Source: Mizuhopecten yessoensis (taxonomy: Eukaryota). From it: a stretch of 64,000 bases of DNA. The stretch spans positions 163,474 through 227,473 of the forward strand of contig NW_018480052.1 in the NCBI RefSeq assembly GCF_002113885.1, given 5' to 3'. Below, piece by piece: positions 47,970-61,410 of the stretch. How positions within the stretch are numbered: position 1 is the stretch's first letter; every line of letters begins with the position of its first letter. A program made the position numbers and the translations under genes. The notes under the pieces were generated by a model. That model was not told the DNA's origin and ran no database searches. It worked only from the letters and a program-made list of their open reading frames with translations.

Positions 47970-49575
47970 GAAAGATATCCTTTTCTCTTACCCTGGACAG
48001 GGATATCCACCATTTTACCGGTGTGAGATTTTCTTATCTCACCCTAGGGTTGAGACAAGCTTGACGTGTTCTTTGCACGTTCTCAACAATTGTATGATGT
48101 CATAGCAACAATACCATGACGTCACGGCAACAATACAATGGCGTCACGTCGACAATTCAGCCGCATCACATCAACATTGTCTTGCATTGATGTAATGTCT
48201 ATATAAAATACAAGGGTAAACAGGGTAAGAGAAAAAAATCATTCACCCCCTTGGGAGTGAGACAGTGTGATCTCAACCCTCGGGTTGAGGTTACCCTGTC
48301 TCACCCCCAAGGGGGTGAATGATTCTATTAGTCTCGCTCTAGAGTTGAGACAGGATATCTCCTAATCATCACCATTGTTTGACATCACGTCAACAATACA
48401 ATGACAACTTAAGAATCTTCCCCCGTGGGTTGAGAATATAAGACTCTTGTTCATGTCCAGGGGTGTAGGATAGAGAAATTCCACCCGAGGGGTTTTCAAA
48501 TTTGGTAAAACCTTAGGCTTTGTCAGGGGTTTTGTCAAATTTTTAAATTCCGAGGGTGGAATTTCCCTATCCTACACCCCTGGGCATGAAAGAGGTTTTT
48601 TTTCTCATTCCAACTACCTGTATAAACTCAAAAACCATGAAAATGCATTTGCACTGGCTACATTTTAAACAAATAAATTTTTAACAAAACTGCAAACAAA
48701 TATTGCGCAGAAAAATTTATCTCATCTTTCTAACATGTACAATAAATATATCGTAAAGTTTTTAATTTCATCATGTCGCCAATTTCCAGATTGCGGCATC
48801 AGAGTTTTCAAGTTTGTGACGTCACATCATTGTTGAGACATTGTGACGTCATGTCACGTGAAATGGGGTGTAAGATAGAAATTTGCTTACACCCCTTTCT
48901 TGCCCTGGACAGCTCTATCCGACACACACGGAAATGAGAGAATCCACTATCTCAGCCCCAAGGGGTTGAGTAATTCTATTAATCCAACAGGGTTGTTTCA
49001 CATGGGACACATGTTTCTCGCACCTCAGACAGAGATATCCAACGTCATACCCCATGCTAGATTTTTCTATCTCGTCCGATCTGTCTGGTACCTTTACGCG
49101 TCATTTCGCGGAAATTTTACACTGCGATGTATTCATCTACGTGTTAACTGCTTGAAATTGACAATTTGCATTATAAATGTTCTGTTTTGTCGTTATATGT
49201 ATAGTTTTGATGTTGTTAGATATTTGATGTTGTAGATAAAATATAATCTACACTGTAAAATACGTTGTTCTATAATATATTTAAGGATGGACTACATTTT
49301 TACGCGGAAGCATTCAAATGTAGCTTTAGTAGTGAAGAGGTCATTATCATTTGAGGCCCAAGGCGGAATACTTGTAGTTTTTAGCAAAATTGAATAGTTC
49401 TTTTCGAACTAAAAGGTGCGAGAATATTTTTTTTACCTGCAACTGAGCTAGATCGGGTTATTCCCACCTCGTACTAAGATTCTGGCTTACACCTCGGTTG
49501 GGATTTTGTTACAGAATTTTAACCCTCGACTGAGATAACCCGATCTTGCTCAGTTACAGGTAAAAGATTTTATTA
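47970..49575. mobile_element. Cluster of palindromic/foldback MITE-like elements
   Basis: Near-perfect hairpins at ~48235-48327, ~48443-48596 and ~49428-49570, plus related fragments. Confidence 0.65.
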
Positions 49576-51270
49576 ATCTTTCATACATAGAGATGGGAGA
49601 AGGCTATTTAAATGATGGATAAAAAAACACTCATTTGATGATCATATAGTTTATTAAACAGGACCACCACATTTATAAGTATAAATACATAAGTAACTAC
49701 GATAGATTTAACAGTTGTACAAGCAGAATGCATAAAGTATAATAACATTATGTTATTTATTGTTGGATATACTTCATAAAAAAATAAACTAAATTATACA
49801 CAGTTACTTCAAAGGCAATACAAAAATTAAACTGAAATGTTACGTTCGGCCCGAAAAAGCAAATACTTTCAAAGAAATCATGTTTCAAAATTATTAATAC
49901 TAGAATTTGAGACATCCACTTGAGGGTTTGGTCTTATCAATACTGGTATTGATTGGTGGAAATTTTGAAGATTTTATACACATCGATAAAAGTAAGGTAC
50001 AATACACTTCCTGGGACATTTTGTTGTCCTGAATGTTTGTAAATATTATTCCGTAACTAGTTGTAGGCTAAATATCGCAGTCCACACCAGTTTATGTATC
50101 ATATCCATTTCATTAATTGATTCCTCTTTGAGTACATTAAAAAAAAACACTTTCTTTTTGGATAATTTAGAATGATATACTTGATATACTACTAAATGCA
50201 ATACATATATATGACTTCTATAAGCAATTCTTAATTAGCCTCTAAACAAAATCACAACAGACATATCTGAAGATATATGGAGCAATGAAATGGAATCAAA
50301 TGCATTTTGTAAAAGTCAATATCAGTAAATGCACAAAACGGATAATATTGCAATTGCCATTTCTATGAAATGTTGAGTGAAATCTGGCCATCATACCAAC
50401 AACCAAGTAACTACACTACTGTCAGTCTATTGTTTTCTAACCACTTACAAGTCGTTACTATACACGTGATAAACCCTTCAGGCTTTGTTCTTAGAAAGTA
50501 CTGGTACTGACCCCAATATCGCCAACACTAGGAGTCGGTAGCCGAGGTCAAACCAAACTAAATCACTTATAGACTTTACACAGACTCACATTTAAACTCA
50601 ACATAGACTTGGCTTAAACATCTATAGATTTACCTCAAACTCAATCTTCCACAGACTTAAAAAAGAAACTGAAGATCTAACTGAATATCCCATAGACTTA
50701 AAACAGGGACTTACCTCACACTTAATTTCCCAAAGATATGAGACTCAGCTCAAACTTAATCTCTCATTGACATTGAGACCACTTAATCTCCCACAGTCTC
50801 AACACAAGATTTAAATTCAAACTCAATAAAAATGTTTGAAATATTGCAACCAGATTCTAATGAATTTGACTATAAAAAATACACACAAGCTTATTTCCAA
50901 AAATGGTAAAAAAAAAGTACATTAAACCAAACATGGGCTTAATCTGATAAATTATCATGTATTCCATATATTATATCACAATATGAGTCTCAGTACATTT
51001 CAGATTAAAGAACAGCTCAAGATATTCTACTTTCCAGATTTTAAATAAAACATCGGTGTACAGTATGCATCATACTGACATTTACGGAGATATTGAGGAG
51101 CATTATTGTATAAATTGAAGTGATTTGAACATTGGAACGGGAACACAAAATATGAAATGACATTTTAAAGTGCAAGATCTAAATTCTCATAAACCAAAAA
51201 ATGCCGTCTGTCCTTAAGAGATATTTCTTGTTTATGAATAATGACATCTCTGGGAGGAAGAGCAGGACCT

Positions 51271-51361
51271 TTAACTACTTCACCCCTGAAGACACATTTG
51301 AACCCTTCCAATTCAAAGGTTGGAATAATTCATTATGAAACTTCAGGGGTCAATGAGTTAA
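51271..51361. mobile_element. ~90-bp TTAA-flanked MITE (family copy)
   Basis: ttaa-ctacttcacccctgaag...cttcaggggtcaatgag-ttaa. Confidence 0.75.
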
Positions 51362-52015
51362 AAACTCCTTGATATCCCAGCCACTACAGACTGCAGTTAA
51401 TCTTTATTTCGATAGAACTTTCAAAATAGATACCAGATTATACACGGTAACATAAACTCTCTGAGGCATAGCATGTCAAAAATTGCTATAATTTTGTCGC
51501 CCTGAGGTAGAAAAATTGTGGTTCCATCATAATACAAACCAAATTATCCCGTACATTATCAAGTAAATAGACATCCAAGGTTCCATGGTAAATTAGGTTA
51601 AATGTACATGATCTACGATTTAATCAAATACATCAAATAGGGGAAGAAAACTGCAGGACAAAATTGTTCAAAATACAGAAAGCTTTGCATCATATTGATT
51701 AACATTTCATCACAACATCTGTATGGTATGTCAAACTAATGGTATCGTACAAAAATGTGTAGGACAATATGATAATGTTGTATAACATCTGTGTCCATGG
51801 AGTGTAAATACTATCATGCTGGGTTAAAGTCAGTTTACCTAGGAATAAATGGTAAATTATACAAATATAGCTATTTAATCCTGTTGCGGTAAAAATTCTG
51901 AAAAAGGTAATATCTGTTTTAAAATTGAGCAGAGTAGATTGTTCAACACAACAAAGTAACAATTCATGTCAAATTGTCCACAAATGTATATCAGGCAAGG
52001 CGATGATGGAGAGAG

Positions 52016-52205
52016 GATATTCAAAACGTGTCCTCCCTAGGGACATGAGTGGGGATACTCAAAATGTGTCCTCACTAGGGATATAGTGGGGATGTTCAAA
52101 ATGTGTCCTCACTAGGGATATAGTGGGGATGTTCAAAATGTGTCCTGACTAGGGATATAGTTGGGATATTTGAAATGCATGTGTCCTCAATAGGGATATA
52201 GTGGG
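52016..52205. repeat. ~35-bp tandem repeat, ~5 copies
   Basis: ggatgttcaaaatgtgtcctcactagggatatagtgg. Confidence 0.85.
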
Positions 52206-54347
52206 AAACACCCAGATCCTACATCATGGCTATCTTTCCGTTAGGTAATACATCATGTATATATATATATAGCACTAAAAATTAGAAATTAGGTAGTCAA
52301 TATTTTAACAAACCACTTGTTAAAAAAAAAAAAATATATAAAAAAAATATTAACACAAATTGATATTTTGTTTCATAATTTTGTACATTTCAAAAGTCAC
52401 ATACCATGTTCCACCGAACAGAGACCAGTAAATTATAATGGGCGATATTAAAAGATATCTGGGAAATCCACTGAAATTTTGCATGAGCGTTGCATGCACA
52501 AATACATATACATAAATATATGAAAAAAATATAAAGATTGCTTCACTTCTATGCACATACATGTTCATAGGTCTAAAGAAGTTCCCGGATGAGTGGTGGT
52601 TGATTATCATGTTTATCTAATTTGAGTTAGTTAATATTCAAATGAATACATGCACAACGTTCACCAAACGTCTTTTTCACAATTTGAAAAATAACTTTAG
52701 GATGGTTTGTTGAACATGATAACCAACCGCTACTCATTGGGGAATCTGATTTTACTACTAGTAATACATGTGTATCAGGAATGCAGTTTATTACTCTTGG
52801 TTCCAAAGTTCTGACAGAGAAGAAATTCTCTGTGAATCAAGATGTCACAATGACATTTTAATTTAAATATGACATCACAAAATATTTTGACAATTTTTTT
52901 CAACAAAAAAAACCTCCTATGAAAATGCTTTTCACATTCAAGTAAAGAAAGCATGGCCACCACTCTCACAGATAGGGAGTGTAAGTAATAACTATACAAC
53001 CCTTATAACTCCTTTCTGTCAGACTCCCCTTCACTTAGGAACAGATAATCGTTGTTTCAGGCTATATTTTTATCTCCAAAAATTAAAAGTATCGGAGCTA
53101 ACAAAGATCCAACAAAATATACAGTTTTCATATGGAAAGGCAGTGTTTGTGACTTTAAACGGATGGTGAATATTTACCAAGACAAATACATGTATATAGC
53201 GGAACAACTACCACAACTGGTATGATCATATTGATGATATTGATGATGACAGGAGAATATAAAGAAAATTCCTGAGTAAGCACCTAAATCCAACATCAGA
53301 CATGTTCTCGTTGTAAAATGAAATATATTGAAGATAAAGAGAAGAATAATATAATCTATTACTGTCAGTGAGGTGAAGGACTTCTGAGACTTGATGAGAT
53401 CATCTTTGAATTGATTGTCAACAAAACTCCTAGACAGATATGTTGAAAAATAAGGGTAAGTCATATCTAAAATACATAGAAGAAATTATCTGCCAGGGTA
53501 TCCTAAATATCTAAGTTTTAATCTAGATTCAACTGTATATTTAAAGAAAAAAATAGCTGCTGAATTTTCAATGGCTCCAAAACAAAAAAAATATAAACTA
53601 GACACAGATTTTCCATGTATTTTTGTAGGGTCATATAGAGCAATCAATAAGAAATGCATTACATATTTATATTTTATAACTTTTGAATATATTTGCTTAA
53701 GTTTATCAATATGTTATGCAACAAAATATATTTTTAAGTCAGTGGGTGGCATTTATCTTCTGAAACGCACACTGTCAAGGTGATGAAAAAATCAATATCA
53801 TTTGTAACAAAATTTGAATATTAATTATGATTTAATATAATGAATGATTCACAACGTTCCGACATGTTTTCCACACTAGTTGTGATATATATCCACAGGA
53901 GATTCTGTTCAATTAAGTTTATTAACATGTATTTATTTTGGGGCCAAAATAGAAATGTGAAAGTTAGGATGCATTTTTTTTTTTTTTTTAGTTGGGTTAA
54001 TTTCATTTTTTGGTATAATGTTTCTCTAAAATAATTTCATTACAAATATTACAACTGTAAGATTCAGCTGGAACAGATTAAGAAAAGCTTAGAGCAAATG
54101 CTGAAAATAAGCCAGACCTTATAAAATTTGAAACATATACAAATGTTAACAAATAAACTATAACAAAAGATAAACTGATAGGAAAATAAAACAGCCCAGA
54201 CCAGGAAATGTCCAAAATTCTTGCCTGCCAGAATTCAATCTTATAAAAAGTCTTAATTAAAATAGTACTATATGCTTTAAATATTAGCCGTCAGTCATTC
54301 CGTTTTCATCTTGACAACATCTATAGATTAATCTACATCCCAGGTTT

Positions 54348-54377
54348 TCATCTTTCCTTTCTCATCTTCTCAACATC
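54348..54377 (-). CDS. GUK1: GUK1 final coding exon 8
   Basis: ttacttgcag acceptor, then DVEKMRKER and TGA. Confidence 0.8.
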   Translation of the reverse strand, partial: DVEKMRKER

Positions 54378-57300
54378 CTGCAAGTAAATAATGACACTGT
54401 TAAATAAAAAACATAATTCAGGACCATTGTGTCCAAAACTTTTTGGTCTCTTTCATGATAACCAGGGTATTTGTGGCTGATTTTTATGATTTTTGGTAAG
54501 GATAAACTTAAAAGACCTCTGTATTATTTAACACATTCACACCCGAAAACACATTTGAACTCTTCCAATTCAAAAGTTGGAATAGTTCATTACAAAATTC
54601 AGGGTTGAATGAGTGAAGAAATAAAAAAATGTGTGTGTGTAGAGTATGTAACGCTAGAGTAACTATGAGAAAATGCATATGAAGGTAAAAGACATGACTG
54701 ACATGATTTAATATGTTAAGGATCCCCGTACCACAGCCCAAAACTGCAACTATTCAATAGAAACAGATTTTATAGCATGGCTACAACTTTGATAAATCAA
54801 TTATGAAAATAAAACCATACCTTGTGGGAGTTTAATGAAAAATAATCAAAATGAAATGAACAAAATATAATCAACATTAATGTTCTGATAGTGTTAAATT
54901 TAGCAGAGCCAGACTTGGATTCGAACCCTGGACCTCAGTGCTACAGTTATATCCAAAATGAAATTAAGGGGAGGTTACTGTACATACTAAAAACTGCAGT
55001 GCAGTGGGACAGGGATCTCTAAATAAAAGAAAACCATCAACATAATATAGATAACACACTTTAAACATGTCTTTTAAAACACCAAACATGGAGAAATTTC
55101 CCTCTCATAAGTGGGATAAATTATCCACACACACACACATTCACACATTCACAAGCTGGAAGACAGTGCTAGATCTTCTGACAATTAAAAACCCACACAA
55201 GTTATCAAAATTATTGAGTCAACAGTTTAGAGAATTACTTTGAGAGTAACTGGAGTTGGAATATGATGAAACCTACATTGATACTTACATCTTTCACTAC
55301 TGCCCTCAGCTGCTCGTAAGCTGTATCTATGTTGTCGTTTACTATCACATAATCATATGCACCCTCCTCATCGGCTGAAAGGAAAGTGACAATACATGTA
55401 CTTCAAATGAGAATAATACTCTATCAAAATGGAATACCTGCAGAGAGAGTTTCTGCTTCTATGTATTTTAAACAGAAGAGTTTCTAAATGAGAAGCAGTA
55501 ATGAAAATTTCCCCTATGCCACTCTGTCACCTAAAACTTTAGGAAAGTACAAACAGATTGTGACAGATGCTTTTATCATTTCAAGTTTCATATCCTACTT
55601 ATACCCCTACTACTTTAATATGTTACGTTATCTCACATTTTAGCAATAGATTATGTAATACCGGTACAATTATAGCATTTTGATGAGGTTGATTTAATTT
55701 TATATCAACCTCGATAAAATACTGCTAGAGAAGAGAGCACTATATCCCCAATATCATCAAAAGGCAGTATTATGAACTGACAGTCACACTTCACAAAACG
55801 TGAAACTTTGTCAGAACAGAACAATATGCTCCCCCTACCACTGCATCACAATGGGATAATACAAACTGTAACATGAAATTTACATCAAATCATCAGATAC
55901 AAATGTTGTGCCCAAGACAACATACAGATATCATACCGTTGGAATCTGTATGGAATACTATGTTTCTATCTTTTATTCCAGCCCTATATACAAACCATAG
56001 TCGAGTGCCTCCTTCGCTGTATCCAGCCTCCGTTGTAGACTCTCGTCAGATTCTGTACCTCTTCCCTTTAATCTCTCCTTCTGTAAACACAATGACTTTA
56101 GTGTTGTACCTTCAATCTCTCCTGCTGTGAAACATTTACATGTATAGGAAGTTCAAAATAATACCTGCTTTTCAAAAAATGTTTATAAGGATATCAATAC
56201 ACCTATAAAACTGGTGCTTTACTTTATTTATATGTTAGATGAGATTTTGTATCAAACAAACTTTCCATTTCATGCTTTAATATTGTAACAGGTGAAAAAG
56301 AAATACACAGCCAGACCGGGGTTTGAACCCGGGACCCTCGGAACTCTAAACGGACGCTCTAACCAATTGAGTTACTTGGTTGCAGGCGATCAACCCAGTC
56401 CAGTTCCGCTACACATGAATTTGTAAAAGTAATAAATCAACTCCATCCCATTGTTTATCACTATCCTATATTACCTTTAATAAGCCCATGCTTGATAATT
56501 AGCCCCGCCTTCGAAATAAAGAATTGAACATCAGGTAAAGCCTTATTAGGCTAATCACGCACCTTGCTCTGACTGGAACTATACAATGTACATAGCAAGA
56601 CTGCCAGGTACTGGTAGTCTTACTGTTCAAGCAGTGTTTTTGTCACCTACATTTTACAATAGCCTGTTCCTTTATTAATTGGGAAAATATACAGGTAGGA
56701 TTAATTTTATTGAAATTGGGAATAAATTCCCCAGTTTTTTGGTCATTTTGGGAAAATAAGGCACTTTTTAGCTAGGGGAAACAGTCTGTATTCGGCAGTA
56801 AAACTGAGCAAAAAAAATCACTTTAAAGATATACAATTTCAATTTTAGGAATGTTTAAGATCAACATTAAGAAAAGGTCTTACTAGAACTTCCATACTAG
56901 GTGGCTTAAGGAACACATATCTAGGGTTTAGGTCTGTTTTCTTGATGTTCTTTACACCGTTGATTTCCACGTCTAGTATACAAATCCTTCCGGTTTTCTC
57001 AATGTCCAACACCGCCTGTTGGCTGAAACAAGATTTTTTCCGTAAATTATTAGAAAGTTTTACAGTGGACATCCCATAAACCATTAGCATCCTCTATTCT
57101 ACTGGGGTGTATACCGAGGTGTCATTTAGCTCCTTGTAAATAGAGAATCTGTAAGTAACAATTCCCTTAGTTTGATGCAATATGCAAGACTCAACGCTGG
57201 TTATTAATATTTCACAATGTTCATTTATACGGAAAGACAAGCTTTATATGAAAACAAAAAGTAATACATTGCACTTTTAATTGCATATCTAGATAATTTA

Positions 57301-60300
57301 CTATTTCTAATCAACCTTTCAAAGTGATATTCGTTGGTTGTTTATGTATGATGTGCCATGCACCACTATAATTCAGAATTTCATTTTGAAAGTATGTTCG
57401 GTTTTGCAACTTTATGATTTTTTATATATGACGTGGTACAAATGATTATGTGACATTCTGTTGATGTGTCTGGTGAAAATGCAGACTGACTTTCAGACAT
57501 GTTTGGTTTTATAACGATCTTCATTTTAATCTCCTAAAGTGTAAAAACATTGATGTACTGATATGGGACACCCAGTATAATTTCAGTGTACCTTGCAAAA
57601 CTGGCAAATTTATAAGGGCTTCAAAAAAATTAATCATACATTACTATTTTGAACAAAGACTATTTAGTAGTATTTACCCTCTGGCCTATTCAATAATCTG
57701 AAATCTCACATCTGATGAACAAAAATTGACAAAGAAAATAGATTTGTAAAACATACCTTGTTCCATATCTGTTTCCTGAGAACTGAGCATGCTCTAAAAA
57801 CCCACCATCCTCAATCATTTTTTCAAATTGTTCTCGTTGTACATAATGGTAGTCTGCGGGAAATCAATGTTAAATAATGAGGAACAATATATTTTTTTTT
57901 AAATTGGGGCAATATTCAAATCTAATCATGGCATTGATTCATGATATGAATATAGTTTATCTCATATATATGTGTATTCTTTCTGTATTCATAGAAAATT
58001 GATCCAGTCACCCTTTTCCTTGAATAAAATGAGTTTGTTTTTAACATCAAATCGTGTAATTTGTGGAGTTATCTACCCTGTCACACTTGGCTCATATATA
58101 TGTATGAGGTTCCATTTCATGAGATTCATGAAACAAGTCTTAAGAATTATTCATTTTAGTGAGCATCTGTTAAAACTAAAAAATGTCAAATGATTTGTGA
58201 CAAGTTTCGTATGAAACAGACACTAATTTAAGATTCTGTTTATAGCATCATAAACCATGATTTGTTATAAACCTTTCTGAAAACAACATATATTCTTTTG
58301 CTGATTTGAAATTCAAAATATTATTGACCGTTTTACTTCAAGCATTTTCTATTCGCTTGTGATCATGACAAACACCATGCTATTGGAAGTCAGATTTTAA
58401 AAAAAAGGACACTATTTGAAAAATGCAAATTTTTGTGAAAAATCCTAAGATTGTACCTTTTCCTTCCACCTCTCCTGGGCGTGGATTTCTTGTAGTGTCT
58501 GGAAACAAGAACAAACTTGTTTTACTTAACAATCAGCAATTCAAACAACAAATATTCAACTACCTAGGTATTATATACAGCAGCAGTGATATTGATCACC
58601 TCCATGTTTGTAAAATCAATCACTCAAAAGACAATAAGTGGTTATTCAATCCATTTTCCCCCTCAGCAGTGAAATTTCTGTTCTGTAATAGAAGGGTAGT
58701 TTGTGCTCAATAATCTTATCTAAACATGATCAGTAACCTGATTTAAACATGAAAGGCAGGGCTCAATTGATCTTCTGAACACAGGACCTGAACCATGATG
58801 ATGTGCTGATGGGAGATATTAAAGAAAGCAAAATCCTAATATCGTACAAGGAATACAGCCTAAAGGTTTTAACATGAAATTTAGATTATTCCTTATTATA
58901 TATGTTTGGAGTCTTCACGTCATAAATTTTGAAATTTATCTCTAGCTGTCTCAGTGTCTGTGTATAATAATATTTAATTATGATGTTGTAATGGGTAGGA
59001 AATCACAATTTGTACAGTATATACTTACGTGATACACTAAAGGCGAAACTGTCGGGAAATTCTGCAAACATTTTATTGAGGAGCGTACTCTTTCCACTTC
59101 CTGAAGGGCCACTGACCACTAAAGGTCGGTACCGGGAGGATGCCATGGTTCTCAGAGGTAAAAAATCTGTAACAGGTAAATCAAGCAAATATTACTCAGG
59201 TATTCCTCTGCAGCTATTCATATACGTGTAATTAGAAGTCTGAAAAAACAAAGTGGTTAGGTTAACTCTTTCAAAGGTTCTGAACAAACTGTTTTCCTGA
59301 TTACTTTTTTTGTGTTTGTCTAAATGTACAAACAGTACCACAGACATTTGACATCTTATCAAGTCTGATCATTCTACAGGGACCAGATCATGAATGTGCC
59401 TTGGTAGTAGCCGTGATTTTGCTAACATGCAGTCCTTTTTACTGTGTGCAATCAAGCGTGTGCATCAGGCCACTCACTCTCCCAAGAATTCCAGTTTGTT
59501 CCTCAGCGGTGGCAGAAAAAGAGAGTGGTGTCTGAACGTGTTAGTCGGTATCTCTCCGATGGCACAGTGGTTTCCCCTCCACCTGGCACGAATACAATGT
59601 TTGTTCCCTTAGCGTCGTCTTAATAAAAGCCCTGCAGAGTGTTTGTTGTTCACGATGTTAAATAAAGATTATTAGCACCTGACTATTCTTCTCTTTTGTG
59701 TTTCGTCAATTAAATCTGTTATGAGAACATCACACATTTAATTAATCATTAGCACAGAGTAGATTGTTTAATCTCTCAACACTTGTCTACCAGAATCAAT
59801 AACTTTCAAGGCTGTCCCGAGACAGGACATTTTTGTGATTTGTGAGAGAACCTCTAGGACTACACCAATCAATGTTGCACGTTACTGTTCATATATAAGC
59901 TTTACAGAGACAATACTGGTATAGCTACTGTGTAAATATATAGGTAATCAATAATCCACGCTTATCCACCAGCAATCACCCGATGCTGACTCCATAGAAA
60001 CAGAAAACTGTAACTATGGGAACTGATCTCAAGGTCTATCATCAGATCATTATAATTATCGATTGTGGTGTTTGGTGATATGTTTCAGTAACTCGGTAAT
60101 GAAAGGTGGTAAAGTACATTGATTAGCTTTCTAAAAATGCACAAGGTTTCGCGTAAGTGTTATAAAAAAAATCAGGCTCTCCGAGAGCACTAATACATGG
60201 TCTTATCCCTGTGAGTGTCATAGTAAAGCTAGAAACTTATCACATATTTAGCCACTAATATCCACATGCATGATATGCCACGTATCATCTGAGCGAGAGC

Positions 60301-60529
60301 AAGTAGGCCTATTGCTCAATATTTTCTTCTTGATTTTACGAACAACTTGCAAATAACCAACTAAACTGATTGTTCCAGAACAAATTAGAAAAAGACCATA
60401 TCCGCCTTCTTCATTAACAATTCCGTGAAAATAAATATCGTAGGCCTAAAAAACGTCATAAACATTCTACTTACGGTGGAGGCGGGGGAGGAGGCGACAC
60501 ACTCTCAAACTTGTACACAATACGCTCAT
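54348..60529 (-). CDS. GUK1: Guanylate kinase, 8 coding exons; 223 aa long form, or 198 aa from the second ATG at 59146
   Basis: join(60475-60529,59029-59166,58457-58498,57757-57853,56884-57022,55996-56080,55289-55374,54348-54377) = 672 nt. P-loop [74 protein letters not shown]. Confidence 0.93.
54528..54617. mobile_element. ~90-bp TTAA-flanked MITE (family copy)
   Basis: ttaa-cacattcacacccgaaaacacatttgaactcttccaattc...cagggttgaatgag. Confidence 0.7.
55289..55374 (-). CDS. GUK1: GUK1 exon 7
   Basis: [29 protein letters not shown]; gtaagt donor. Confidence 0.92.
55996..56080 (-). CDS. GUK1: GUK1 exon 6
   Basis: [28 protein letters not shown]. Confidence 0.92.
56284..56413 (-). mobile_element. 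Solo LTR-like element containing a tRNA-like sequence (same family as 31206-31598)
   Basis: Minus strand TGTAGCGGAACTGGACTGGG...taactcaattggttagagc (box A)...ggttcaaacc (box B)...cctgtTACA; no clear target-site duplication. Confidence 0.7.
56884..57022 (-). CDS. GUK1: GUK1 exon 5
   Basis: [46 protein letters not shown]. Confidence 0.93.
57757..57853 (-). CDS. GUK1: GUK1 exon 4
   Basis: DYHYVQREQFEKMIEDGGFLEHAQFSGNRYGT. Confidence 0.93.
58457..58498 (-). CDS. GUK1: GUK1 exon 3
   Basis: [14 protein letters not shown]. Confidence 0.92.
59029..59166 (-). CDS. GUK1: GUK1 exon 2 (second ATG at 59146)
   Basis: [45 protein letters not shown]. Confidence 0.92.
60475..60529 (-). CDS. GUK1: GUK1 upstream exon (presequence-like)
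   Basis: MSVLCTSLRVCRLLPRLH; C|gtaagt donor; phase 1 joins the next exon in frame. Confidence 0.7.
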
Positions 60530-60762
60530 CGGTGTTGATTGTGTGGGTGGAGTCACGATCAATTAAACGCTTGCGGCTTAACGGTTCTCAAAGGGTCGCT
60601 GAATGTAAGCGTTTTAGGCACATAGGACTAGGCAACACTAACTATACACAAAATCGGGTTACTTATTCCGGAAAAGGTACACTATCAGATACAATTTAAT
60701 TTACAATAAATCAAAAATATTATTATCTTTATAGAAACAAACATGTTATATTTATTGAGTAA

Positions 60763-61410
60763 TATATGTTAGGGTACGGTAAATAACTAGACACACATAC
60801 AGTCTATGGTGGGGCGTTTATTTGTAAGGGTACAGTAAATAACCAGACAGACACACGGTCAATGGTGGGGTGTTTATATGTTAGGGTACAGTAAATAACC
60901 AGAAAGACATACAGTCAATGGTGGGGTGTTTATATGTTAGGGTACAGTAAATAACCAGACAGACATACAGTCTATGGTGGGGTGTTTATATGTAAGGGTA
61001 CGGTAAATAACTAGACACACATACAGTCTATGGTGGGGCGTTTATTTGTAAGGGTACAGTAAATAACCAGACAGACAGTACACGGTCAATGGTGGGGTGT
61101 TTATTTGTTAGGGTATGGTTAATAACCAGACAGACACACAGTCTATGGTGGGGTATTTATATCTAACGGTACGGTAGATAACAAGAGAGACATACAGTCT
61201 ATGGGAGGGTGTTTATATGTCAGGGTACAGTAAATAACCAGACAGACATACAGTCTATGGTGGGCTGTTTATATGTAAGGGTACGGTAGATAACCAGACA
61301 GACATACAGTCTATTATAGGGTGTTTAAATGTTAGGATACGGTAAATAACCAGGCAGACATACAGTCTATGGTTGGGGTGTTTATACGTTAGGGTACCGT
61401 AAATAACCAA
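60763..61410. repeat. Minisatellite, 56-bp unit, ~11-12 copies, just upstream of GUK1
   Basis: tatatgttagggtacagtaaataaccagacagacatacagtctatggtggggtgtt. Confidence 0.93.

Noticed and set aside
48900-54034. Assorted 60-110 aa ORFs between TSFM and GUK1
   Set aside because: AT-rich, no motifs and no consistent splice structure; likely 3'UTR or intergenic sequence.
12095-56413. Possible tRNA genes at about 12100, 30430, 31240, 31510, 42250 and 56310
   Set aside because: Box A/B motifs are present, but I cannot build complete cloverleafs with paired acceptor stems; each lies within a SINE or LTR-like repeat.
59339-59610. Possible alternative GUK1 first exon (ATG at 59354, MSNVC, phase 1, donor G|gtactg)
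   Set aside because: The frame is compatible, but the donor is weak and there is no homology support; needs transcript data.
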